64,000 bases of DNA, from NCBI GenBank assembly GCA_016906335.1, contig JADEYG010000007.1, positions 1,736,001 to 1,800,000 on the forward strand. Direction: 5' to 3'. The stretch comes from Novakomyces olei. Its lineage: Eukaryota. The notes under the pieces were generated by a model. The model was given only the letters and a program-made list of their open reading frames with translations, was not told the DNA's origin and ran no database searches. Positions 9,829 through 22,200 of this stretch are shown here, one piece after another. The position numbers and the translations under genes are program-made. Position 1 is the first letter of the stretch. The number at the start of each line of letters is the position of its first letter.

Positions 9829-10162
9829 TGTTATGGGTCACAGTTCTGTGCTGAGTAAGTCTGGATAGGTTTGGCCAGTAACACGATGGCCGTGGCAGGG
9901 AGTCAGAGTAGGAGAAATCAAATGGACTTAAACGCAACTAAACTCGTAACTGTAAAACTTCAGTAACTTCAAACTTCAATAACCGTCAAGTCTCAATAGG
10001 CGGCGTTGAAGGGCCTATTTATAGACTTGACTACTAACTAAACTAACAAGTACTATAGAACACTATAGAACTTTCTACGAACCGTGAGCTCAAGTAAACG
10101 GAAATACCGCAACTGAACTCTATTAGCGTTGGAAAACGCTAATTGATGTCATGCCTATGACA
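9829..10162 (-). repeat. 5' LTR of E3 (334 bp)
   Basis: Minus strand TGTCATA...CATAACA; TATA CTATAAATAG near 10016-10025; PBS-like sequence adjacent at 9818-9826. Confidence 0.85.
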
Positions 10163-11461
10163 GAGAAGGAGGCCTCTTTGGCAGCCGCCAGGGCGAAGGA
10201 GGCCAGGGAGAAGGAGGCCTCTTTGGCAGCCGCCAGGGCAAATGTGGCCAGGGAGAAGGAGGCCTCTTTGGCAGCCGCCAGGGCGAAGGAGGCCAGGGAG
10301 AAGGAGGCCTCTTTGGCAGCCGCCAGGGCAAAGGAGGCCAGGGAGAAGGAGGCCAGGGAGAAGGAGGCCAGGGAGAAGGAGGCCTCTTTGGCAGCCACCA
10401 GGGCAAAGGAGGCCAGGGCAAAGGAGGCCAGGGAGAAGGAGGCCTCTTTGGCAGCCGCCAGGGCGAAGGAGGCAAGGGCCAAGGAGGCCGCATTGGCGGA
10501 GGTCGCAAGGGCCAAGGAGGCAAGGGCCAAAGAGGCCGAAATGGCGGCCGAAATGGCGGCCGCAAGGGTCAAGGAGGCAAGGGCCAAGGAGGCAAGGGCC
10601 AAGGAGGCCGAATTGGCGGCCGCAAGGGCCAAGGAGGCAAGGGCCAAAGAGGCCGAAATGGCGGCCGAAATGGCGGCCGCAAGGGTCAAGGAGGCAAGGG
10701 CCAAGGAGGCAAGGGCCAAGGAGGCCGCATTGGCGGAGGCCGAATTGGCCAAGGAGGCCAGGGAGAAGGAGGCGGTAAAGACGGAGCTTGCAAGGGAGCT
10801 CGCAAGGGCGAAGCAGGTCGCCATCGCCAAAGAGGCCGCCATCGCCAAAGAGGCCGCCATCGCCAAAGAGGCCGCCATCGCCAAAGAGGCCGCAAGGGCA
10901 GAGTCTGCTGCAATGTCGGCGGCCGTGAGGGCCTTGGATGCCTCGAGGGCAACGGAGGCCGCCATCGCCAAAGAGGCCGCCATCGCCGAAGAGGAGGCCA
11001 TGGCGAAGGAGGCCGCCATCGCGGGGAAGGTTGAAAGGGCTAAAGAGGCGGCTAAAGCAAAGGAGGCTACGGCCGCTAAGGAGACTGCAAAAGCCTGGAA
11101 CGAGTTTGGAAAGGCCATGGAGCTTGCGAAGGGCAAGGGTGTCGAAAAGGCGAATATCGATGGTGCGAAGGCCAGCTTTGAGGCTGCCATGGCCCAGCAG
11201 GCAGCTATGGCGAAGGAGGCAGCCATAGCGTTCGAGGCAGCTTTGGAGAAGAAGGCTGCGAAGGCCAGAGAAAAGAATGCAAATAAATTAAGAATTAAGA
11301 TTAACGAGGGGAAAATGGTGGCTGAAAAGGCCAGGTCTGTGGCTGTAAGAGCAAAGATTGATGCCGCGGATCTAAAGGAGAGAAATTTTGAGGCCGCGAA
11401 GGCCAGGATGGCTGGGTGTTCTTTCTGGGATCCAAGAAATGAACCTATGACCTATTTTTAG
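10163..11461 (+). pseudogene. Ala/Glu/Lys/Arg-rich repeat (coiled-coil) gene, 5'-truncated by E3 and internally deleted; paralog of the gene at 59386-60968
   Basis: KEASLAAARA, KEARA and KEAAIA repeats; EAAKARMAGCSFWDPRN matches EAAKARMASLWEQRN of the right-hand copy; the ORF-track start MPMT lies inside the LTR. Confidence 0.7.
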
Positions 11462-12501
11462 GCAGAGTACATGATCTTGGACTTTAATTGTTTGCCTCCG
11501 CCCAAGCACCCGATGTAAGTCTCTTTGCGTTATTTTTTTATGATACTTTTGCTAACTTTACAGTGAACCTTCTTCAAAGACATGAGCCGAAACAAGTCTA
11601 TTTCGAGCACCTGCGTTTCGTCACACGCAAAATAATCAAGTCGGAGGCAGAATATGTAGTCCTCGACTATGAGCGTTTGCCTCCGCCTAAACATCCTACG
11701 TGCGTCTCTTCGAGTTATTCCTTTATGCAATTTTTACTAACTTTACAGTAAGCTTTTGACTCGTCACAAATACCACGAGAAGTCTTGAACGAAACTAGAA
11801 AAAGGGACTAAAATTTTGGAATTAACCTAAACTTTAAAGGAGCAATAAGATTGAACGAAAAGACTCATTTGATTGATTGATTGCTTGATTAATTGATTGA
11901 TAGATAGATTGATGCATTGTTTGGATGCTTGGTTGTTTGCTTGCTTTCCTGTGTGCACTCTTTTTCTTGGTTCAATGATTACTGAGCTGTCTCTATTGTC
12001 TCTCGCGTTCACCATCAACTGAGGATTGGAATGAAGTCAATTGAATATATCAGTTGTCGGTTTTATTTTCGTTTGTTCAGTTTGGGCGGTCTCATTATTC
12101 ACTTTTCTATCTTAGGGGGGTTTTGTGGTTCTCTTTATCGTGAATTTGCATTATTAAATTTTTTGTAAATGTGCACGACCAACTTTTTCGATTATTTGAA
12201 TTATTTGAATTATTTATTTATTCATTTAAATAATACGCGGCTTCAATTTTGGATTTGGCTTGGGCGATGAGTTCGAAAAATACTAGTACTCGCGGTCACT
12301 TTCAGTGCGGCAATACTTTGAAACGTGGCCCTGGCGCCGGATACCGAGATGGAGATGATGCGCAAAAAAGGCGAGGAGACCTGGCTTAAAAAAGATTTAA
12401 ATAACGGAAGGCTAAAGCGCATCTGCCTGCTTAAATCTAATTCAAGCGCGTGCGGCTTATCCAGCACTATTTGATTATGCCGGAGGCATTTGCCACAAAA
12501 A

Positions 12502-12790
<289 letters not shown>

Positions 12791-12869
12791 AAATAAGAAT
12801 TTGAAATCAACTTAAAGTTGAAAAACAAAAGAACTCAAATGAAGAACTGGTATAATTTTTTGCTTGGAT

Positions 12870-13400
12870 ACTTGGATGGATTTTTGGTTGGATGGATTTT
12901 TGGATGGATGGATTTTTGGATGGATTTTTGGTTAGATTGATTTTTGGAGGGATTTTTGGTTGTGTGGACTTTTGGAGGGATTTTTGGCTGGATTTTTGGC
13001 TGGATTTTTGTTTGTTTTGTTTTTTTGTTTTTTTGTTTTTTGTTGTTTTGTTGTTTTGTGTTTTGTTGTTTTGTTGTTTTGTTGTTTTGTTGTTTTGGAT
13101 GGATTTATGGATGGATGGATGTTTGGATGGATGGATTTTTGGATTGATGGATTTTTGGTTGGATTGTTTTTTTGGGGGGATTCTTGGTTGGGTGGATTTT
13201 TGGAGGGATTTTTGGATGGATTTTTGTTTGTTTGTTTGTTTGTTTGTTTTGTTTAGTTTGTTTAGTTTGTTTAGTTTGTTTTGTTTGTTTTGTTTGTTTT
13301 GTTTGTTTTGTTTGTTTTGTTTGTTTTGTTTGTTTTGTTTGTTTTGTTTGTTTTGTTTGTTTTGTTTGTTTTGTTTGTTTTGTTGTTTTTTTGCTTTGTT
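12870..13400. repeat. Low-complexity GGAT/GTTT/GTTTTGTTT repeats
   Basis: Visible degenerate tandem tracts; the inverted counterpart is at 53420-53770. Confidence 0.85.
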
Positions 13401-14398
13401 GTTTTCTCAAGCGGATTTTTTTTGGTCGTATGTGTGGAATGACATCGTTGAGATAATGTGTTTCTTCGTCGATTGAGCTATGATCATAAATTTTGTTTTC
13501 ACTAACACTGGTAAGTTTTGTCTGTTTGTTTGTTTGATTGTTTGATTCTTTTCTTTCTTGCTTGATTCCCTCCGTCTATGCTATTTCTTTGCTCAATGGC
13601 TACTACTTTGTACTTATTGTGTCGTGCATTTACCTTCTATCACGGTTGGACGCATAGTACGTTAGGTTTCTTTTTCATATTATATTTGTATGCTTCGTAT
13701 TTTTACCGTTTCTATTTTGTCGTTCTTGATTCACGTAGTGGATTTCCTAAAAACTCAAAATTTGTGTAACAGATGCTGACTAAAAAACAAAATATATATT
13801 TATATATGCAGTGTACTGAAACTTGTGTTATTTGATTTCGCCTGTGCGGTGTTCGGCGACATTATGGGCATTTTGCTTGGATTTTCCTTATTTTTTCTTG
13901 GCACCTTGTTTTATCATCAAGGCCTTCTTGGGCCTACATTATTTTACCTGCAGCTTCAATGATTTTGTTTAAATTTCGTTTGCTTTAATTTTTCTTTTAT
14001 TTTTGATTCAATTGTTTATTTTTTCGTTACATTCTACTTTTACACACTGAGGGCAGCGGCGACAAAAGGCATGTTGCTACTGCCCGGAGGGTTGTCTTTA
14101 ATTTCCCTTTTATCATTGATGTTGGAAGGCTTGTATCGAAAGACGTTTATGAAAAAAAGTGTTTCGGTGAATGGGTGATGATCAAAGACTTGTGGGGTGT
14201 GTACAGGCTAATTATTGGCATTGGGCTTGGATTTTCAGTATTGGGCTTGCTTTGGCAAGCTTTATTATTTCGGTTTAATGAAACTGCATTATTTTACCTG
14301 TGGATGCGCATTTTCAATCGATAATTATTGATTAATTTATCTATCTATTTGTTTGTTTGTTTGTTTGGTTTCGTTAAAGATTACAACAATAACCCCAA

Positions 14399-15650
14399 TT
14401 ATAAGAACCAAGCATAGGCAGATTCCCAAGCCCTTTTTCCGTCTGTTTCAATGACATCTCCGTGGGCCGGAATTATCCTGTCAAAATCCCAGGCCTCGAC
14501 GGCCCGAGCATCTTCAGCTAGTTGCTCACGCTGTTTTGCGCTATGAGCGTACCACAGGAATCGCTTATGAAACAAACCAAATGGATTCATTTGAGAAACG
14601 TATCGATTGAAAATTCCTCGAGTGGCTGATTGACCGCTGCGCGAATACTGCTCATGTGATGGCAGATTGAACAAGAGATCAGCAGTCAATAGAGACTTTG
14701 ATTTTTTGTGCAAAAGTACCAAGTCCTTGTTAATGAAAGAGGAGAAATAAATTGCAGGCAGCTTGAAGATGTTAGCGTACAGTTTCACATAGGATTTGAT
14801 TTCAAAAACAATTAACAAAGTGAGAAAAGATAAGTACAAACGTTATACAAATGTAATGAATGATAAAATAATGAACTGAAATAAAATTGTCAAAGATGCA
14901 AGCAAAACCTATTCAATACGAAACAATCAAATAAACAAAAATAAAAGCTAACAAACAAACAAACAAACAAATTAATTAATTAATTAATTAATTACATGTA
15001 TATATATATATTTAAAATAAAAGGCAAGAATTTGGCAAGGCCAGAGTTTGCAGCATACCTCGTCTTCAAACCCCAATTTAACATCGTTATTCTTTCCCCC
15101 GTACTCCTTATCGAATCGCGGATGACCGTGTTTTTTAGCCTCCAATCCTTGGACCCCCACAACCTTTGCATCCGGATAAAGAGCCTTGTACGGCGAGACA
15201 TAAATGTGGTGCTCGTAATCAGGAGCTATGATATATGTCACTGGACCCAAAGTGGCCAGTTTGTCTTGCAAAGATAAGCAGCAACAGGCACATTTCGTTA
15301 TCACCTACCTTTGACCTTGTCATCGATTTCGATAGGGTTATACAACAAAACCTGGCCATTGTCGAGCCTGACAGCAGTAGCTCTAGCACCGACCTTGATC
15401 AAGCCTTTAGTTTGAAGCTCGTCAGCATTTAAAAATTGCCACAACAAATCAACAAATAAAGTTTTTTTCTGATTTTCTCCAGTATATTCATATTCATATT
15501 TCTGTTTCGATATTTATTTCCGTTTCGATTCTTATTCTCGTTTCTGTTCCTTTTCCGTCTTTTCTCCATAATTTTTTACTCCGTACCGAATCTTTCAAAT
15601 GGTCTGGAAAACGTCACCACGTTTGGTGTGATTTCGCGTATTGTTGTCAT
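14399..15650 (-). CDS. DUF4336-family protein (metallo-hydrolase-like fold), spliced, at least 4 exons
   Basis: MTTIREITPNVVTFSRPFERFG / LIKVGARATAVRL / GPVTYIIAPDYEHH / ADLLFNLP..WDFDRIIPAHGDVIE exons separated by GT..AG introns. Confidence 0.7.
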
Positions 15651-16203
15651 GTCTGAAATTTGCTGATACTGATCGCTCCACGTCTCAATATTAATTAATT
15701 GGCCGCCGAATAAATTGACGTAATATATGGGGGGGACACGACCAGTGACTGACGGATAAGGAAGCAGCGCCGGAAAATCTAATTGTGGATCTTTATAATT
15801 TTTGCAATTTATACGTAATTGGACGTGAAATGGAAATGCTCGACTAGTCTGTATACTTTTTGCTCTTGTACTTATCATTGCTTACTCTATCTATACATAG
15901 TCAAAAGGTTTACGATAGACAAAACACATCTAGTTTTAGGGTTAGGGTCAATCTTGTGCACGTTTATACGGTGATACTCGTCGATAAAACTTGCGTTTAG
16001 TTTTGGGCTGAAGGTTTCCAGGATCGAATTAATTATATATACACAAAATTAAGATTCATCGTAGCACACGTCTAAACTATCGCAACATTATAAACAAAGA
16101 CTGTAGTAAACACACGATAATTTTGAGGAAACATAAACAAAAAATACAATTGACATCGAGTGGTTTAAGGGGGAACCTGACCCGCGAAACGAATACCGCC
16201 CTC

Positions 16204-19200
16204 TTATTGCTTTAGGACGTATTTCCTCAAGGCTTGATGTAGCGCCTCTTTCAGGAGAGGTTTCGTCAGATAGGCATCCATTCCGATCTATAAGACTATT
16301 AGCAAGAAACAGACATAAGTCACCTTACCTTCTTGCACAGATCTTGCGCAGAATCCTGAATGTCCGCGGAAAGAGCAATAATAGGAATTTTTATTTCATA
16401 GTGGCAATTGTGCTCAAAACTTCGAATCCGCTTTGTCGCCTCTACGCCATCACACACCGGCATGTGCTGATCGACCAGAAATATACTATAGTACCCGGCC
16501 GGCTTTGACTCAAAAAGCTCAATTGCCTCGATTCCGTTCGATGATACTTCGACCTTCATTCCCAGATTCGAAAGTTGTTTCATCAAAAGCTTTTGAGCAA
16601 CAGGGTTATCTTTTACTTGTTAGCCAGAGCAATATTGGATAAATTGAATTGAAAAACAAAAATTATAAACAATAATAAACAAATGAATGAGTTATAAAGT
16701 AAATCTGTTTAAGAATTGACTGTAACAGAAACAAATAAATATAGACCCCGTATTTTCAAACGTACCCTCGGCAATTAAAGCATTTTTTCCCTTGATAGCA
16801 GACAGCTCTTGTGGCGTTAGAGTATTCTCTTGGATAACAAGACTATTAAGCTGAGGAACTCGCCCGCAAAGACGGCTAAGGTTCTCGTCACCGATCAGCA
16901 ACGATGTCAAAATCTCCACGAGCCTTGATATTCGCGGCTGCTTGGGCATTCTGAACAGTTTCTGGTTGTACTTGTTTTCGTGGCGCACGAGACTCTTCTC
17001 GCTGTCTGCCGTCCAATTATGGGTGACAAGGAACGCATTGTAGAGCCATAGAATCCGGGCAGACCGAAAGTGCTCGTGAGCAAACTTTTCGCCGTACTGT
17101 TCGAGGTCATAAATGTCCTCCAAGTCTGCGACAATGGCATCAAAGCCCGAAACATCCACGTCCATCAGGGCGTCAACAGACGTGAAGGAAACGATGCGGA
17201 GTCCGATCTTTGAATACTCCAATTCGCGGCGTAAAAGACGCGAGTTTGTTACGAGCGCTATCGATTTATCGCGCAAAACCTCCTCTTCAGCTTTGAACCG
17301 AGATATACGGTTCTGCGCATCCAAAGGCAGATCTCTGGCCCGCCGTACTTTGATTTTAAACCAAAATTTTGAGCCAATGCCCTCGAGGGACTCTACGCCC
17401 ATCTCACCGCCCAGCAGCCTGCACAGCTCCATCGAGATAGATAACCCTAACCCTGTTCCACCATAGGTTCTGGTAGTGCTGGCGTCGACCTGGGAAAAGG
17501 GTTTGAACAGGTGCTTTACATCGCCCTTTGTAATCCCGATACCCGTATCCTCGACGACAAACCGCAGCATGCACTCATCCCCATCCGAGTCTTGGGCCAC
17601 GATGGAGCAAGAGACGTAGCAGTACCCGTCGAGGGTAAATTTGACAGCGTTCCCGAGCAGATTGGTCAGGATCTGTTTGATTTTATGTATATCCGCGGCA
17701 AGGTACGAGGGCACATCTGGTGCAATTTCAAGGCCAATTTCCAGGTTCTTTTTCACCGTCAAAGGCTGCAGCAGCTCGATGCACTCTGACAGGACATCTT
17801 CGACGGAGAAGAGCGTGTCTGGGGACACTGACATTTTGCCAGCTTCGAGTTTACTAAAGTTCAAGAGATCATCGATAATCTGCAAGAGCATCTCGCAGCT
17901 CGTTTTGGCCGTCTGTACGAGATCCCGCTGCTCGCTGTTGAGCTGCGTCTCACTCAGCAGGTTGAGCATACCGTAAAACCCGGAAAACGGTGTCCTCAGT
18001 TCGTGCGACATATTGGCCAGAAAATTGGCCTTGAGCTTCATTGCTCTCAGCGCATGCTCTCGGGCTTCCTTTTGGTCGTTTATATCGATACAGAAGCCTA
18101 TGCCCTTGTAGTTATTGCCACGGCCATCAAAGAGCCCAGTCATTCGGGAAACATGGTACCTGTACTGCCCAGCTGCGTTTCTCAACCGTATCTCTGTCTC
18201 GGGAAACTGCCGTGCATCAGACGCTTCCAGGATCCGTTTAGAGATGAGCTCTCTGTCGTCCGGATGAACTACTTGCAGCCACCTGTCGTGCTCAAAACTG
18301 GGCGCATCGCTGCCAGCGTACTTCCACCAAAAGGCGTTCAGGTAATCAACTTTGCCCGTCTCTGCATTTGTGGTAAAGATGATACACGGCATCGTCTCGA
18401 GCAGGGCAAGGTACTTGAGCTCTGCACCTTTGGCCGCCTTGAGCGCCTTCTCCTGGCTCTGGATCATCTTCACATTGGCCAGAGTGGCCTTTTGTACGCT
18501 CTTGAAGAGCAGTGCGTTAGTTATACTCGTCCCAATCTGCTGGCAGAGGAGCGAGAGAAACGTGAGCAGACGGGAATTGAACCCGTCTACTGGCCCTTGC
18601 AGGTAAAGGACACCAACGAGCGAGAGCTTGTGCTTTATGGGCAGAGCAAGGAAAGACTTGTCCCCATGTTTTTGGAACCAGAGACTGTTGGCAAACCGCT
18701 CATCGTCTCGAGAATTGAAGAGGAAGAGCGACTCGTCTCCGTGAATGACAGAGTTTATTACCCTCGAGGGAACCAGCTCGTCGTCGTTTGTAAAGGAGCG
18801 AGGCGGATTGTACGTCTCTGCTGCCGTCTGTGTTCCCGTAGCAGCAACGAGGAAATTGACCTCGTCCTTGACGATAATGGCCGAGTAGTCTCCGATAGAG
18901 TTGTTGAGGATGAGCCGGAGCATCTTTTTCAGTAACGTCTCTATCCCAATCTCGCTCGAGATTACATGGCTCGATTTTATAATCGACCGCAGGTCTAGAG
19001 CGTCAAGGGCAAGCAGCCTATCGTCCCCATCCTCTGCAGAGTGCAGGTACCCTCGGTCACGGATACCAAGATCCGTCTTTTGCTTCTGCTGTTGTTGTAG
19101 TTGTTGCTGTTGCTTTTGCTCTCCCTCTTCAGAGCTGTCAAGAGGCTTTGGATCGTTCATTGTCATTACCGCTGGCGGTGCCTGGTAAGCGTAGAGCTTT

Positions 19201-22200
19201 GCCTTCTCTTGAGCGTGTGGAGCGAGAGACTGTACAAAGTAATCTATAGTGCCAGACTTGAACTCGGAGAGTGTCAGTGACGTCTGTGTTGCCACATCGC
19301 AGTGGCCGTGCATATCGGCATCGTACACGTCTCCAATGGCAAAAGCCAGAATCTGAGATTTACGCTCTGCTCCAGCGGTCGAGTACGCCTGGACAGCGTC
19401 CTTGGCCACATTGATTCCGGCTCGGCGGAGGTTCAGGCGGATCAGGTGGTAAGCGTACCGCTCTAGAGCCAATGCCTCCTCCAATCCGTGGCCGCAGCTG
19501 TGAGCGAGATCGGCAGCCGCCTCGTACTCCCGAGTGGCCGACTCGTCAGCCAAGAGGGACAGGGCTTCTGCCTTGAGCAGCGTCTCCCATATACAAAAGT
19601 GCTGGACACTGGCAGCCCTGGCGTACTCGCCCAGCAGCAGCAGCACTTTATTTATATAGTGCCTCAGCTCGTCCGTCTCCCCAACCGATAGAGCAGTTGA
19701 TGGAGTGGGTTCACCATGTTTAGAGAGCAGCCGGCCGGCACAGGCCATTCCGAAATGGAAGAGGGTTACTATCGAGAGCTGATACTGCACGTTCTGCTCC
19801 ACACGAGGACACAGCCGTCGGCCGTAAGCGATAGCGTCGTCATACAGAGCCAAAAAGTTACAGGATACTACGTAGATGCACTCGTTCCAGAACGTGACAC
19901 TCTGTGGGAAGAAGGTCGACATGGCCGAGGCCTGAGAGTTCTCTACTATATCTCGCAAAAGAGCGCCCTGTTCGTGGGACGAGTGGAAGCGGAGAGAGCT
20001 GATGAAGCCCAGTACCGTCTGCAGCGGAGAGTCCCGCTTCGAGATGCCTTCTATTATATTCTCCATCTCCCGCTCTGCCTGGTAGCAGTAGTCCGCTACC
20101 AGACCCAGCGGCTCACCGTGGATGATCTTGGTTATCACAATGTTCAAGATTGCCCTCACTGCGTATATCTTGTCGCCCACATAGATGGCCGCCCGCTTGC
20201 TCGCATTTAAACCCGCTAGCTTCTCCTCGTAACCAGAGTGCAGTGTTCCAAGACTACAGAAATGATTAAGACCGGCACGTGCAAAGTTAATCCAGCAGCT
20301 GAGCTCTTGCCCATTCTCCCGCTCTTCCGAAATCATACGGTACCCAATCTCCGAAAGGTTTGCCCGGACAGTGAGGCAGTTCACTGGTGAAAAGGTGGCC
20401 AGGCTGATTAGTATCGCGCCAGAAAAGGGGTGAACACCGTGCGCTAAAACGTTCTCTGCACTCTCCAACACGTACTGCCTCACGTAGCTCAAATCCAGGT
20501 TCAAAGCGCTGTAGGAAAGCTCTAAAAGCGCTTCTGTCCGTACAATCTCGATCTCGTCGCTCATTGGTGGCAGAGCCTGCAATTCCGTCTCTGTCAAACG
20601 GTCCAGTAGTGTTTGCATCCTGATGTATTAGCACATGAAAATGGATATGTATATATATATATATATTTATTTATTTATTTATAATTATAATCTCACCTTT
20701 TCTTTTGAACGTCCACGTCCTGGATCACGATTTCCCGGCCATTGTTCAAGTGATAAATATCCAAAAGGCATGCAACACTATCCCAGTACAGGCCTTGAGC
20801 ATAGCATATCCTCGAGAGCAAAAACGTAATCTCGTTCCGAACGTTGATTGCGAGATTATCCCGCAGTAAGGCTTGGCAGCATTCTCTTGCCTCGTCAGGT
20901 CTGCCATTCAACCACAAGCTCTCAGCCAAAGACATGTAAATGTTAAATGTCTCCTTGGGATCAACGTCTAAATTAGACGCGTCCCATGGATCAGACTGCA
21001 ACAGTCTGGCTGCTAACTGTACTGCATCCAACCGCGACGAGTTTGACGAATGGTAATCTGAACAAGCGCTCACAAGAGCTTCGCGGTAAGGTCTTCGAAT
21101 AGAGATGCAACAAATATAGTCAAAGGCGTGCTTAATGTGAACAGTCACATCAGCCATAAACTGTTCATTCCACATAATAAGCTCAACGGCCAAATGATGA
21201 TAATAAGCCAGTGCGTCCGGTTTCATCCAGTTTAGTACTCTACGGCGGTAAATGTCTTGGGTAAAGATATACCTTTTGCTGTCCGAGGAAGGAGTCAGCA
21301 GTCCTGCATCTAAAAGCTCCTGCACGGAGCTCATTAATGTAGCGTTTGTATTAAGCAAAGGCTTGGGAACGTCTCTCAGATCAATAGTGTCCTTCTTCGT
21401 GATGTTCATCAGCTGTTTCACGTTCTCCATGTCAGCATGCATCCCGAGAACCGCAATTATATCCACCAGTTCTCGAGCAGCTGGTGACAAGACGCTTTCT
21501 AGCTCATCAAAGACGCTTGGCTCCTGGTCCAGGTTTGCATTGTACCGCGTTTTCTGTACCACTGAAAGTGCCTTGAGAAGATCAACGTCCCACTGTCGCA
21601 TCTCAGTATCAAAATAGATTGATTTGCTGTTGTAAAGGGAGAGAATTATCTCTTTTAGCCGCAGCGGGAATCCGTTTGAGTGCTCTGCCAGGGCGTCAAC
21701 CAGGCTGGGGAAAGCGTCGCTCGACCGCCTTAATACTTCGGATAGCAGGGCGCCCACACTATCCCGAGAAAGAGGCTTCAGTGTGATTTTGTGTACCCTC
21801 GCACCGTCCGACTTGGGCATTTTGAATACCGAGGAAGCGTCCATGTTTGAGGGCATAGCAAGAACAAGGACCATATTTATCTTTGACGAAATCAGCATTT
21901 GCAAAAACAAGAGGCACGACTTGTCTGCATTCTCTATTCCGTCCAGGATTAAAACAAACTTTCTGATACGTGAAAAGGACCGGAAGATATCTATCAGCAA
22001 ATGCGTCAGCCTTATTATACTGTCGCCACTGCGCTTAGACTCTGAATCGCCCTGCCTCTTGTTCCAAAGCTGACTTCGCCCAGAGTTGATAGTGCCACTA
22101 GCACCGGATTGAGATCGGCTTGCTGAGCTATTAGGGCTTCCATTGTGCTCTATTCTGTCCGGTACCGAATCATTTACGGTAACGCTTGTGCTTGCATTGC

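Larger units (their letters stand above)
7767..10162 (-). mobile_element. Ty3/Gypsy LTR retrotransposon E3 (5' LTR, gag, protease, start of RT), cut by E2
   Basis: LTR at 9829-10162, gag, ALVDSGA protease; RT start breaks off at APFGPIYNI at the E2 LTR. Confidence 0.9.

Noticed and set aside
10151-10162. ATG start (MPMT) of the 436-aa repeat ORF
   Set aside because: These bases belong to the E3 LTR end; the true 5' part of the gene was displaced by the insertion
10123-11228. Antisense and alternative-frame ORFs over the Ala-rich repeat (likewise 60292-60786)
   Set aside because: Shadow ORFs of GC-rich, stop-poor tandem repeats
15937-15948. TTAGGG-like motifs (also 41157-41170) as telomere remnants
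   Set aside because: Only about two units in intergenic or promoter DNA; more likely telobox sites or chance
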